From a virus (lineage: Duplodnaviria > Heunggongvirae > Uroviricota > Caudoviricetes): 64,000 bases of DNA. This document shows positions 20,015 through 29,273 of this stretch, in pieces. A program made the position numbers and the translations under genes. The stretch lies in the IMG/VR virus record IMGVR_UViG_3300033070_001123; one strand, given 5' to 3'. Positions within the stretch are counted from its first letter, which is position 1. Every line of letters starts with the position of its first letter. The notes beneath the pieces are model-generated. The model ran no database searches. It saw nothing but the letters and a program-made list of their open reading frames with translations, and had not been told where the DNA came from.

Positions 20015-20769
20015 TACTCTCTGTTTTGTTTATGCTTAGCGTCTATCGAAGATAACACTGAAAAAAGAGACTGTCTAGGAAACAAATCATTATCAGAGCA
20101 ACTAATGATTGTTCTTTTACCGCTTTCGTGCAAATCCTTAATCCAGGAAAGACCTACATAACACTGAGACATTGTTCTTGGATTATGGAACTTGTTGTTG
20201 CCGTAAAAATCGCTTTCGCCGTCTCTTGGCCTACAGTCGCAACCAAGCAGAATTATCGGATTGCAACCCATTAAATAAGCAAGCTGAACGGCCAACGGCG
20301 ACGTTGACCCGCTTCCCTTTAGAGTTGATACAGTTTCTGGTAAAGCAAATCCGCCAGGACTAATCTTAAAATGATAGTAACGATTCTCTGGATCTGCATG
20401 AGCAGTGCAATACTTGATAGCCTTTACTTCTGATAATCTTTTTCGCTCAGAATACCAAAGGCTAGCGTCCTGCCACATAAGAATCGTTGAATCAAGTTTA
20501 TAGAAAGACCTGTTTATACCTATGGTTAGGTAATTAGATAAAGGGGTGATGTCTTCGTCGTTGAGAGAAGGTCCATTGCCCAGTATGAAAACCGGACAAT
20601 TAGGGAACTTCCCCAACCACTTACGAGCATCACCCCTTTGCTTGACTGACGAATACCTGATTCTACGTCGCTGCTGCATCTGCTGCCCCAAATGGATTTC
20701 CTTCAACCTTGACGAACTGAGTCCAGGATGATGGAACATTTGACGAGGCGAGCCTTGCAAAGCGAGCAT
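19993..20769 (-). CDS. GT42/DUF115-like protein. Tandem paralog B. The true start is probably an internal Met near 20682.
   Basis: FILGNGPSLNDED...TIGINRSFY and SGSTSPLAVQLAYLMGCNPIILLGCDC...DFYGNN run parallel to the neighbouring gene. The N-terminus overlaps the HNH gene by about 107 bp if the most upstream start is used. Confidence 0.45.
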   Translation of the reverse strand: MLALQGSPRQMFHHPGLSSSRLKEIHLGQQMQQRRRIRYSSVKQRGDARKWLGKFPNCPVFILGNGPSLNDEDITPLSNYLTIGINRSFYKLDSTILMWQDASLWYSERKRLSEVKAIKYCTAHADPENRYYHFKISPGGFALPETVSTLKGSGSTSPLAVQLAYLMGCNPIILLGCDCRPRDGESDFYGNNKFHNPRTMSQCYVGLSWIKDLHESGKRTIISCSDNDLFPRQSLFSVLSSIDAKHKQNREYWNQFLL

Positions 20770-21289
20770 AAACAGGACTCCACTTTGGCCTCTCAGGCTT
20801 CTTCAAAAGCTTGAGACCTGCCTCATCTGGAGTTCTATCGGCCTTTTTCGCATTGACTTCCAGGCAGCACATAACCAAGTTCTCCCAAGTGCTTGCGCCG
20901 CCTCTTGATCTTGGGATAACGTGGTCAATAGTACCAGTATCCATTGAGATTCTTCTACCTGTGTATTGGCAGGTATAGTTGTCTCTAATCAAGAGATTTC
21001 GACGAGTTAGCTTAACCTCTCTTTGAGGAAGCCTCCCGTACTCTGAAAGAACAATGATTTCCGGGACTCGAACCTCAGTTCTAGAAGTCCTGATCACCTT
21101 TTCACCTTCTCGAACCGGCAAAGCCATCCAGTCCTCAAAGTTGTACAAGATGTAAGTTTCAGGATCAAGAATATGAGCGAGACCAAGCATCGTCTTGGCA
21201 ATTGCCTTCTTCGTAGTGCAAATCGAAACAGGACTCCAACTCTTGTTCAAAACGAGAGTCGGCATTGTGATTGAAGATTGAGTTGCCAT
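20663..21289 (-). CDS. HNH endonuclease.
   Basis: HNH motif DHVIPRSRGGASTWENLVMCCLEVNAKK. Confidence 0.75.
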   Translation of the reverse strand: MATQSSITMPTLVLNKSWSPVSICTTKKAIAKTMLGLAHILDPETYILYNFEDWMALPVREGEKVIRTSRTEVRVPEIIVLSEYGRLPQREVKLTRRNLLIRDNYTCQYTGRRISMDTGTIDHVIPRSRGGASTWENLVMCCLEVNAKKADRTPDEAGLKLLKKPERPKWSPVYARFARLASSNVPSSWTQFVKVEGNPFGAADAAAT

Positions 21290-21293
21290 ATTA

Positions 21294-21833
21294 CTACGTC
21301 TCAGTCGGAACGCTCAGGTTCTTTTTGAATGCATCTATGAACTCTTGGTTCATGTCTACAACTTCGATTTTGATTCTTCCGTTATAGGCCTCAGCAACAT
21401 GCGCCATTTCTCTAGCAACATCGGACTTGCTAAGGCCTCCGATACCACATCCTAGGCCTCCAAAAGCTATCGAGCTTTCACCATTTGCGATTGCTGTTTC
21501 AAAAACTTTCGTCAAGAGAGAGGGTATCGTGCCTAAAGAAGTTTGTCCACCAGGGTACTTCATTGTGACCGCATGGTAGATTCTTTTCACTCCCCTGCGC
21601 TTCAAAAGCCCTGCGTCAGAGATGTAAACGTCCCCAACATCGAACGGACCCTCTTTTTCAACAACCTCAGCCACAATAGTTCGGATATTCACACCATTTG
21701 GTTCGGTACTTGTACCTGCTGAGCGGGCAATAGCGCCTGCTACGCCCGCTCCCATAACACCAATACCGTTTGCGGCATTCACGATAACGTCTATGCCTTC
21801 AACCTTTGTGATATCGCCAACGTAAACCTTCAT
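21294..21833 (-). CDS. Macro domain protein (ADP-ribose binding or mono-ADP-ribosyl hydrolase fold).
   Basis: VIVNAANGIGVMGAGVAGAI and AFGGLGCGIGGLS match the macro-domain N-x6-GG[VLI] and G-I-Y-G-like motifs. Confidence 0.75.
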   Translation of the reverse strand: MKVYVGDITKVEGIDVIVNAANGIGVMGAGVAGAIARSAGTSTEPNGVNIRTIVAEVVEKEGPFDVGDVYISDAGLLKRRGVKRIYHAVTMKYPGGQTSLGTIPSLLTKVFETAIANGESSIAFGGLGCGIGGLSKSDVAREMAHVAEAYNGRIKIEVVDMNQEFIDAFKKNLSVPTET

Positions 21834-21844
21834 GGTTCATCCTT

Positions 21845-22663
21845 TCAAGACTGAAGTATAGCCTCCAATCCCTTCATATAGTTGGGATTGAGTTCCACTT
21901 TTTTCTGCAACCGCTCAATAATTTTGGAGTGCATTTGACTGATTCTGGACTCGCTATAACCAGTCTCTTTTGCTATCTCCTTCATGGTCATATTGTCGTA
22001 GTAGTGCATATGGACAATTTTCCTCTCAAGAGGAATGAAATTCTTGCCCATAAGCTTCTTGAACATTTCTTCACGAAGAACGGTAGTATCTGGTTTCTCT
22101 TCGTCAGTTGTAATGCTCTCTATTTGAATCTCTTCCCCTGTATCAGAGTCTTCAGAGCGACCAGCATTCATGCTGATACAACTAACCGGAGTAGCCTTTG
22201 CGCTAATCTCCATGTACTCATCCAGGGAAAGACCCATATGGTCGGCAATCTCTTCATGAGTTGGCATTCTACCAAGCTCTGATTCAAGAGTCTGCTTTAC
22301 CTTTTGTATCTTGGAGTATCGCTGTCTAACAAGACGCGGAACCCAATCAACCTGACGAATGTTGTCAAGTATAGAACCCCTTATGCGATGTATCGCAAAG
22401 GTTTCAAACTTGTTCTTGAGAGACGGATCAAATCTCTCAACAGCATGGAACAACCCGTCCGTACCCCAAGCAACAAGGTCGCCAATATCGACCTCTCTTA
22501 TCTTCTTGTGCATTCTTTCTGCCACTTTTGTTACAAGTGGATAATAAATCTCAAGTAAAGAGTTTCTTGCTTTGATGTACTGCGGGTCTTGCTTGTCCAA
22601 CTTCTCTCGTATTACAACAAACTCGTCCCACTTGTTTCTGATTGATTCTTCACTAATCATCAA
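21845..22663 (-). CDS. Phage-encoded sigma-70-family sigma factor (FliA/sigma-28-like).
   Basis: Region 2 (DLVAWGTDGLFHAVERFDP...TFAIHRIRGSILD) and a region 4 helix-turn-helix (MTMKEIAKETGYSESRISQMHSKIIERL). Confidence 0.8.
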   Translation of the reverse strand: MMISEESIRNKWDEFVVIREKLDKQDPQYIKARNSLLEIYYPLVTKVAERMHKKIREVDIGDLVAWGTDGLFHAVERFDPSLKNKFETFAIHRIRGSILDNIRQVDWVPRLVRQRYSKIQKVKQTLESELGRMPTHEEIADHMGLSLDEYMEISAKATPVSCISMNAGRSEDSDTGEEIQIESITTDEEKPDTTVLREEMFKKLMGKNFIPLERKIVHMHYYDNMTMKEIAKETGYSESRISQMHSKIIERLQKKVELNPNYMKGLEAILQS

Positions 22664-22758
22664 CTAGCTCCTTCTCTGCTGTCAGCTACAACCAAGTATA
22701 CAGCGCTACAAAAGCACTATCTTTGTATTCAGAACCAGAGCCTCATATTTAGGCTGAT

Positions 22759-23829
22759 TTATCCTAAAATTGTCTTTGAAGTGCTTGCGGTAAATGTTGG
22801 AACACTCGCTACTGAATAAGGATCTTGAAATGCAACCTTTGTTTCTGGTTGTACTAAGTCTCCTGCCGTTGGCCTCCAAAACTTAGGAAGCTCAGGCGCA
22901 AGGCCATAACCTCTCTTATCCTTATTTAGCTTCCTTACATTTCTAACAAGCTTCATTGTAGTTTCAGACTGAACATTATGAGCAACGCCTGGCTCAACCG
23001 CATTTCCAAAGATTTTCTCTCTTGCGGGAAGAGGTAGATATGTCTTAGCGATTTCACCTGTATGAACAAGCTCGTCAACAGCCTTGTCTCTGTTCTTGAT
23101 TTGCCATGCAACGTAGGCGATGGCTCCAATAAATCCAGCGCCAAGAAGAGCAAGAGAAATCCAAGCTATTTGAGTAAGATACAAGCTAACCGCTACAGAA
23201 ACGCCCAATGTCGCTACACAACCAGCAGCAATCATAAATGCCGCAGGCGTCTTGAAGAAGAAACCAATAACAACAGAAGCGCCGATTCCGACAACGCAAG
23301 CTACTGTTATCCAAGCTAAAAGCGTATTAAGCATCTTCTTTTGAGAACTCTCTAAGTCTTTAATCTTGTTCTGTAACTTTGCTTTTTCCGTTTCCGCAGC
23401 CTTCGCAAAATCGGTATACTTGTTGATTGCCACTTGCTGATCAGCAAGTTTACTTTCTGTATCCTTCAGCTTTTGCTCTACGGCTGAGAGCGTTGCTGAA
23501 TCTTGACGAAGCCCTTTAGTCTCTTCTCTAATTCCAGAGATTTCTGGCTTTACAGCCTCTTTGACTTCGGGCGGAGTTTTGCTTTCGATTGAAGTCGTAT
23601 GCGTATCTATCTTGTCGGCATGGTCTGAAACACTCTTTGATGTTTCACCAACCGTTTTAGCCGCTTCTCCAACGTGTTCTTTTTCTTTATCAACCGTTGG
23701 TAAAGCGGGAGGAGTATTGAGGGTTGCCCCTCCCTGAGAAGAAGAGCAAGACGACAAAACAAAAACCCATCCCAATAATCCCAAAACAAGAATTGAAATG
23801 GTCACGCCAAATGTAAATTGGTTTTTCAT
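22759..23829 (-). CDS. Membrane protein. Lipoprotein-like signal (VLSSC), a coiled-coil and four predicted transmembrane helices.
   Basis: N-terminal hydrophobic segment with a lipobox-like LSSC, then an E/K-rich heptad region, then long hydrophobic stretches (LLAWITVACVVGIGASVVIGFFF...). Confidence 0.45.
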   Translation of the reverse strand: MKNQFTFGVTISILVLGLLGWVFVLSSCSSSQGGATLNTPPALPTVDKEKEHVGEAAKTVGETSKSVSDHADKIDTHTTSIESKTPPEVKEAVKPEISGIREETKGLRQDSATLSAVEQKLKDTESKLADQQVAINKYTDFAKAAETEKAKLQNKIKDLESSQKKMLNTLLAWITVACVVGIGASVVIGFFFKTPAAFMIAAGCVATLGVSVAVSLYLTQIAWISLALLGAGFIGAIAYVAWQIKNRDKAVDELVHTGEIAKTYLPLPAREKIFGNAVEPGVAHNVQSETTMKLVRNVRKLNKDKRGYGLAPELPKFWRPTAGDLVQPETKVAFQDPYSVASVPTFTASTSKTILG

Positions 23830-24032
23830 ATTTTTCCTCCAAAGGCCTTGTTCAAAATTTCGGTAGCTTCTTCGTTTGTAAAGTCTCTATAGGAATAAAG
23901 AACGTAGTAGTGTCCATTTACATACAAAAGTTTGGCGCAAAATCCTACCTCGCAAAGCCTGTTTTTATTGAACAAAGCCTCTTCGCTAGTCCATTCACAG
24001 CCAATACCAGATATCTTAATTGGTTGAGTCAT
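23826..24032 (-). CDS. Hypothetical small protein (68 aa).
   Basis: ORF with ATGA-type overlap to the upstream gene. No recognisable motif. Confidence 0.3.
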   Translation of the reverse strand: MTQPIKISGIGCEWTSEEALFNKNRLCEVGFCAKLLYVNGHYYVLYSYRDFTNEEATEILNKAFGGKI

Positions 24033-24351
24033 TGGGTTTGGATTTATCTAGAGCATTCAAAAACTCTATAGCTGACCAAGTAAAGCCCAAGGCGATAACG
24101 CCTGTAAAAGGCCATAAAAACAAGTCAGTAATCCAAAACTTTAACACAAGCTCGCCAACAAGAGTTGCCCAAAAAGAACAACAAACAGTACAATCTAGAA
24201 GCTCAGGTAGTTTCCTGTAAATCTTGCCAAATAAAAACTTCAAAGGCCTAGTCAATATAGTAACAGGCCAATCGTCTCCTTTTTCAACAAGGAGGATAGC
24301 TAAGGCATAGCCAAACAAGACAGACAAGATACAATGCGTTATGAGTTCCAA
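24016..24351 (-). CDS. Small membrane protein (111 aa, about three transmembrane segments). A holin candidate by position.
   Basis: Hydrophobic segments ILSVLFGYALAILLV, CSFWATLVGELVL and FTGVIALGFTWSAI. It sits in the cluster next to the endolysin. Confidence 0.35.
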   Translation of the reverse strand: MELITHCILSVLFGYALAILLVEKGDDWPVTILTRPLKFLFGKIYRKLPELLDCTVCCSFWATLVGELVLKFWITDLFLWPFTGVIALGFTWSAIEFLNALDKSKPNDSTN

Positions 24352-24578
24352 CTATTTATCTCCGGGAAATCAAATATGTATCCATAACGGTTTATGTAAG
24401 AAAATATCTCGTCAAACCCTACGAATTCCCTAAGTAATCGAGTCGTCTTGATAGAGAAAACAAACCTATCATCTGTATAAACAAACGTATGCCCTATCTT
24501 TCTACTAAGCAGCAAGTAGCTTATTTTATAGCCACTTCTTGAACAATCACCATAGAAGAAAGACTCATACTCTCTCAT
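24339..24578 (-). CDS. Hypothetical protein (79 aa).
   Basis: ORF only. Confidence 0.25.
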   Translation of the reverse strand: MREYESFFYGDCSRSGYKISYLLLSRKIGHTFVYTDDRFVFSIKTTRLLREFVGFDEIFSYINRYGYIFDFPEINSWNS

Positions 24579-24913
24579 GCCTTCTTTTTACTATTTCCGA
24601 ACTTCTCAGACCTCTGTAGCGCTGTCTGAATTATTTCCCATTTACTCTTCCCAATCTCACTCTTACTAAGGGATAAGGGTGTTTTAGCCTTTGAAGTTAG
24701 GCTCATAGCCATAACCGTCACATATAGCCATTTGTTTTCTATCTCGGAAATGTTATACTTCTCAAAGAAACCCCAATCGAAAAGCTCTTTATAGAGAACA
24801 AGAGCCTCGCCAGTAACCGCTTTATCTGGTCTAGAAAAAGCCTCTTTGATTTGCTCGTAAGCCTCTACCGCTTTCTCAACCGTTTGTATTTTGAAGCTCA
24901 TTACCTTTTCCAT
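24575..24913 (-). CDS. Hypothetical protein (112 aa).
   Basis: ORF with ATGA overlap to the downstream gene. Confidence 0.35.
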   Translation of the reverse strand: MEKVMSFKIQTVEKAVEAYEQIKEAFSRPDKAVTGEALVLYKELFDWGFFEKYNISEIENKWLYVTVMAMSLTSKAKTPLSLSKSEIGKSKWEIIQTALQRSEKFGNSKKKA

Positions 24914-24986
24914 ATTGAAATCTCCATGTCAATCTAAAGTGTATCGTCAATCAAGGGAAAGTAATAAAGCCGAAGTATATAGAAGT

Positions 24987-25820
24987 ATGCAACAAGAAAA
25001 CGGATGGTATATCAGAGCAAAGAGTCTAACTCTCCATAAAGAGGCAGACGTAAACTGGAAAGACGTTCGCAAAGGACTTGGTATAGGAGGAGCCTTGGGC
25101 GTATTACCTCTTAGCTTTAGTCTTATGGGACAACCTTCGGTTCCAGAAAATAAACAACAAGCTCCAATAAGAGAAGTTCAGCCACAGCAACAACCGGCTA
25201 AAGCGGCTCCAGTTGAGCAACCTAAAGTAGAACAAGCTCCACAACCCCAAAAGGCTGCTCCTCAACAATCGCCTCAAGGTATGGTTTCAGAAGACGAGCT
25301 TGAGTCTTTTATCGCCCCGTTTGAAGGCGGCTTTATAGCTAAGGCATATAAAGATAGTAAAGGAATATGGACTGTTGGTTGCGGTTTTAACCTGGAAAGA
25401 AAAGACGCAGACACTCTTCTTAAGAGTATTGGCGCAACTAAAAATGGGCTAATCTCTGGCAAAGAAACCCTTAGTCAAGATCAAATGTCTAAGCTATTTA
25501 GAGTTAATCTAAAAACAGCTATCGCTGACGCCCAAAAATGGATTCCAAACCTAAGTAGTCAACCCAAAGAAATTCAACTCATTTGCGTTGATATGTCCTT
25601 CAATATGGGAGGACCAACTCTGTCCAAGTTTGTCAATACCGGCAAAGCTATAGCTAACAAAGAATACGCGAAGGCGGCTGGACTTATGGAAAAAAGCGCC
25701 TGGTATGGGCAGGTTGGGAATAGATCAAAACATCATGTTAGAGTTATGAGAGAGCTTGCGAAGAATCAAGATCAAACACCAACTTCGCAATCTTCGCAGC
25801 AGCAGAAGCGTCAGCCATAG
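24987..25820 (+). CDS. Endolysin. A GH24 T4-lysozyme-like catalytic domain follows an N-terminal membrane anchor and a Pro/Gln-rich linker.
   Basis: EGGFIAKAYKDSKGIWTVGCGFN matches the GH24 E-x8-D-x5-T catalytic signature. The N-terminus has a hydrophobic GLGIGGALGVLPLSFSLMG segment and a PQ-rich spacer. I chose the start at the ATG at 24987 to avoid overlap with 24575..24913. Confidence 0.75.
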   Translation: MQQENGWYIRAKSLTLHKEADVNWKDVRKGLGIGGALGVLPLSFSLMGQPSVPENKQQAPIREVQPQQQPAKAAPVEQPKVEQAPQPQKAAPQQSPQGMVSEDELESFIAPFEGGFIAKAYKDSKGIWTVGCGFNLERKDADTLLKSIGATKNGLISGKETLSQDQMSKLFRVNLKTAIADAQKWIPNLSSQPKEIQLICVDMSFNMGGPTLSKFVNTGKAIANKEYAKAAGLMEKSAWYGQVGNRSKHHVRVMRELAKNQDQTPTSQSSQQQKRQP

Positions 25821-26307
25821 CCCTATGAAGGCCCGAACCATCGCCAAGGCCTTCCCTAATTAGAACATCCTTAACATTGCACTTCTCGCGAGAAGACAAG
25901 TTTCTTCTTTGCATATAAATTGCCTTGAGATCTCGATGCTCCCCAAAAGGGAAAGAAATCTTGTTTCTCTCGCAATCCCCAATTAGGCAACCCAAGTCCC
26001 AGCTACCCCATGTATACCATATTCTATTGGTTGGGTCATAATCGCTCTCTTTGCACCATTTGTAAAAGCGATCAAACACTTGCTCAATATGTTCGGCAGA
26101 ATCAACGTCTATCTGCTTTATAGAAGTAAGTCTTTTACAGAAGCCAGATAGCCTAGTATTAGACTTAGGCTTAACAAGACTTTCCCATGCACCTATTTTT
26201 TCATAACTATCATTGCAGACAATGATTCCAATGTCTATAATTTCGTTAAGATCAGGTGTTCTTGGGCTTTCCCAACAAGTCGCTTCTAGGTCTACAATAA
26301 AGTACAT
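25744..26307 (-). CDS. DEDDh-family 3'-5' exonuclease (DnaQ/ERI-1-like).
   Basis: Exo I motif FIVDLEATCWE and Exo III motif HRAMADA. Confidence 0.7.
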   Translation of the reverse strand: MYFIVDLEATCWESPRTPDLNEIIDIGIIVCNDSYEKIGAWESLVKPKSNTRLSGFCKRLTSIKQIDVDSAEHIEQVFDRFYKWCKESDYDPTNRIWYTWGSWDLGCLIGDCERNKISFPFGEHRDLKAIYMQRRNLSSREKCNVKDVLIREGLGDGSGLHRAMADASAAAKIAKLVFDLDSSQALS

Positions 26308-26310
26308 GAC

Positions 26311-27270
26311 TTACATCATCTTCGACAGATTATCCATAAATTCTTTCCTTCTACGAGGACTCCACCCCTTAGCGTCAAAAGCAGCGTTAAGTTTATCGTT
26401 TAGATTTTCTACATTCATAAGAGACTTATAAATATCAACTTCGTCGTGAGAAATATGTATAGATTTCATCCTATGAATTTCAAAAGCCTCTGTAGCAATA
26501 GGAGCAAGTTCTTTGCAAATATTGTACATAGCTTCTGCGTATACTCTAATTTCATACTGAGCATGAGGGTCGTATCTCAAACCTATAAAGTGATACAAGT
26601 TATGAAGGTCAATCTTCCAGTACCACTCTGTGTAATACGCAACTGGCAAGAACATTCTTGCGGTTTCTCTTGAAACGCCTTGAGACAAGAATTCTTGATA
26701 ATCGCCATACGTTTCAGAAGCAACAGTCTGCAATCTGCCAATAAAGTCGTTCTTCGTCTCCTGAGACAAGCTTCCGTCAGAGGCCTGTTTATTCATTTTG
26801 CTTTGACCCATTATTCTTTCAGGGTCTGGTACATAACAAAGATCAGGTACTTCAGAATAACGAGCCGAGTATTCATTGACATTGGCGGTTCTATGACGAA
26901 TCCACTGCCGAGCAACAAACATTGGCATTCTCGCATGAAACTTAAACTCAACCATTTCAAATGGAGTTGTATGGCGATGCCTCATGAGATAGTTAATGAG
27001 ACCCTTATCCTCATTAACCGCCTTTGTTCCCTTTCCATAAGAAACCCTAGCAGCCTGCACAATAGCTGCGTCAGCCGGAATACTATATGGGTCCGTTGGA
27101 CTTGGCATCGAATCAACAAGGCGAATGAAGCCAGCGTCTAGAACCTTATGAACCTCAAAAGCCTTATGGGGTTTCTCTTGCTCAGGATAAACAATACTTT
27201 CATTATGCATATGAACCTCTTCGTTTACTCTGTCATTCGGCATTTCCAGCGCACAACAAAGGAGATACAC
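26311..27270 (-). CDS. thyX: Flavin-dependent thymidylate synthase ThyX.
   Basis: The ThyX signature RHR-x7-S is present as RHRTANVNEYSARY, within a typical ThyX length. Confidence 0.85.
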   Translation of the reverse strand: MYLLCCALEMPNDRVNEEVHMHNESIVYPEQEKPHKAFEVHKVLDAGFIRLVDSMPSPTDPYSIPADAAIVQAARVSYGKGTKAVNEDKGLINYLMRHRHTTPFEMVEFKFHARMPMFVARQWIRHRTANVNEYSARYSEVPDLCYVPDPERIMGQSKMNKQASDGSLSQETKNDFIGRLQTVASETYGDYQEFLSQGVSRETARMFLPVAYYTEWYWKIDLHNLYHFIGLRYDPHAQYEIRVYAEAMYNICKELAPIATEAFEIHRMKSIHISHDEVDIYKSLMNVENLNDKLNAAFDAKGWSPRRRKEFMDNLSKMM

Positions 27271-27357
27271 CCAACAAAGACAATAGCGTAAAGAGGAAAA
27301 TAAGTGGAATACCGAAAATGATGTGTAAGGAGAACACTACATTGAAGGTCTATATAT

Positions 27358-27969
27358 ATGAAATGGTATGAAAAAGCAATCCCAAGAATACGAGACATTC
27401 AGCCTTATCTAAAAGAGGCTTCGAAGAATATTTCTAATTTCAAGCAAGTTAAGAACATATACGCTTGGGGTTCTATCGCTGAAAATTTCAACAAGAAAGA
27501 CCATAGAATCAAAGACGTAGACATACTTATTGAATGCAACTTTGACTCTGGTGATTTACTTGCTATTGACAATAGTTTCAATGGCGCTCTAAAAATGTCT
27601 TCTGAGGAGCTAGAAGACTTAGGATTCAATCCGGCTGCGGTCCTCTTTACAAAGTCAATACTGAGCCATAAAATGCCTTCTATTGATTTCTGGGCAGTCT
27701 CAAAAGATAAGAAGTTATTACACTGGGGACCAATAACAGAAACAATCGAAGAATGGAAACAGGTTAGAAAAGAAGCGGAAAGTAAAGCCGAAATTCTAAC
27801 AGGCTTCAAGAACAAAGAAGTTCTTAGCGCTTCAGAAAATGACCGAAAGAAATGGCATGAAGCATACGAAAAGTATCTTCAAGACTTCTCAAGCGGTTGC
27901 CCTCAAGGATGGTATTCGTCGCAAAATAATGTAGATAAGATATTCGAAAAAGCCGTTAAGCTTTTATGA
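27358..27969 (+). CDS. Minimal nucleotidyltransferase-fold protein (Pol-beta superfamily). N-terminus is MKWY.
   Basis: GS...D-x-D core: YAWGSIAENFNKKDHRIKDVDILIE. Confidence 0.45.
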   Translation: MKWYEKAIPRIRDIQPYLKEASKNISNFKQVKNIYAWGSIAENFNKKDHRIKDVDILIECNFDSGDLLAIDNSFNGALKMSSEELEDLGFNPAAVLFTKSILSHKMPSIDFWAVSKDKKLLHWGPITETIEEWKQVRKEAESKAEILTGFKNKEVLSASENDRKKWHEAYEKYLQDFSSGCPQGWYSSQNNVDKIFEKAVKLL

Positions 27970-28376
27970 GTGATATCTTCTTGAAAAATCCAGTTTGCGC
28001 TATCTGCGGCTCAAAAAGCGTATCCAAAACAAATAGGCACATCTTTTATCTCATAGACTGCAAAGACTGCGAGCATGCCTATACTTTGATAGAAGAGAAA
28101 AGCCTAAGGAAGTTTACCAAAGAGAACTCTCTTGAGTACAGCTTCTGTCCATATTCAGATATTATGAAAAAGCTTCGCAATGAACAGTTTGAAGTTCAAC
28201 TTCGCTACGGAGATTACAACAATCATCTCTGCCACTACTTTTCAGAGAAAAGCTTGAGAAGGTTCCTATCAAACCTCGGTGTTGACTTCAATCTTCAAAT
28301 AGAAGACAAAACAGCTACGTTTACCATTCTTCTTCCTCGTCGCCGTCAGCAAGAAGCTCGTCAATGTCTTCCTTGA
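27966..28376 (+). CDS. Zinc-ribbon protein (136 aa), translationally coupled to the nucleotidyltransferase gene.
   Basis: CAICGS...CKDCEH. A 4-nt ATGA overlap with 27358..27969. Confidence 0.4.
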   Translation: MSDIFLKNPVCAICGSKSVSKTNRHIFYLIDCKDCEHAYTLIEEKSLRKFTKENSLEYSFCPYSDIMKKLRNEQFEVQLRYGDYNNHLCHYFSEKSLRRFLSNLGVDFNLQIEDKTATFTILLPRRRQQEARQCLP

Positions 28377-28671
28377 GAACGTACATTTGTCGCCAGTCTA
28401 TATCTATAAAATCAGGATATTCGTCATAGATATAAGACAAAACTTCGTCATTGATGTAGATTGCTATATCTTCGCAAGTCATATAGGGAGAAGGCTCTTT
28501 GATTGGAACCCTAACCCTTCTTTCACAAAAGTATCCAATCAAAATGTTGGATACAGCGCCGCTTCGTTGTTTGCCGACAATTTCTAAAGGCTCTTGTTCA
28601 ACAAAATAATCCCTTATCAAAATCAAACTCGTAATAAACGTCTTTTGCCATTCCTCTCGGGTCTTACTCAT
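28321..28671 (-). CDS. Hypothetical acidic protein (116 aa).
   Basis: ORF only. It overlaps the previous gene convergently by 56 nt. Confidence 0.35.
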   Translation of the reverse strand: MSKTREEWQKTFITSLILIRDYFVEQEPLEIVGKQRSGAVSNILIGYFCERRVRVPIKEPSPYMTCEDIAIYINDEVLSYIYDEYPDFIDIDWRQMYVLKEDIDELLADGDEEEEW

Positions 28672-28763
28672 AGAATCTCCTTTACAGGTATATCGAGCAG
28701 AGGAAGTGTTTTTCTTTGCAGCGTAAATAGAAAAGACGATATTACATAAAAGGAAAGCAGTAA

Positions 28764-29273
28764 ATGATTAAACCTATCATAAATGCAACCTGTCAACTCT
28801 TTGCAGCAATATTTGGTAAATTCCGTTCCAAGAAGATTACCGAAACACCAACGGTAAACCTTCAAGACGAACAAGGGATTACCATAACAATCAAAACCGA
28901 CGAAGAGAATGTAGAAACCAATATTCCAGTCATCACAAAAGATAAACTACTGTTTCAGCCTAATACGATGCAGGCGAACAGCCCTCTGGAATGTCCTATT
29001 CGTTCTAAAAATCAACAAGCGTCAACAGAGATACCTATTGACGCTCCGAAGATTGAAAACTTCAAAATTACGCTTGAATGCAACGAAACAGCAATCAATC
29101 ATCTCAATAACCTTTGTAGGTTCTTTGAAGTGACTCAGCCAGACGCGCTCGCAAGAGGTGTTTGGTTGCTCACAATAGCAAGAGATGTTGAAGTTAACAA
29201 TAAGAAACTTGGCATCATAACGACAGACCCAAATGGTCTAATTGTTGACGTTATGCCAATCAATATTGTTTAA
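28764..29273 (+). CDS. Hypothetical protein (169 aa).
   Basis: ORF only. Confidence 0.4.
   Translation: MIKPIINATCQLFAAIFGKFRSKKITETPTVNLQDEQGITITIKTDEENVETNIPVITKDKLLFQPNTMQANSPLECPIRSKNQQASTEIPIDAPKIENFKITLECNETAINHLNNLCRFFEVTQPDALARGVWLLTIARDVEVNNKKLGIITTDPNGLIVDVMPINIV

Noticed and set aside
24891-24986. Endolysin N-terminal extension from 24891.
   Set aside because: It overlaps the 3' end and start region of the minus-strand gene 24575..24913. The internal ATG at 24987 removes the overlap and still retains the membrane-anchor segment.
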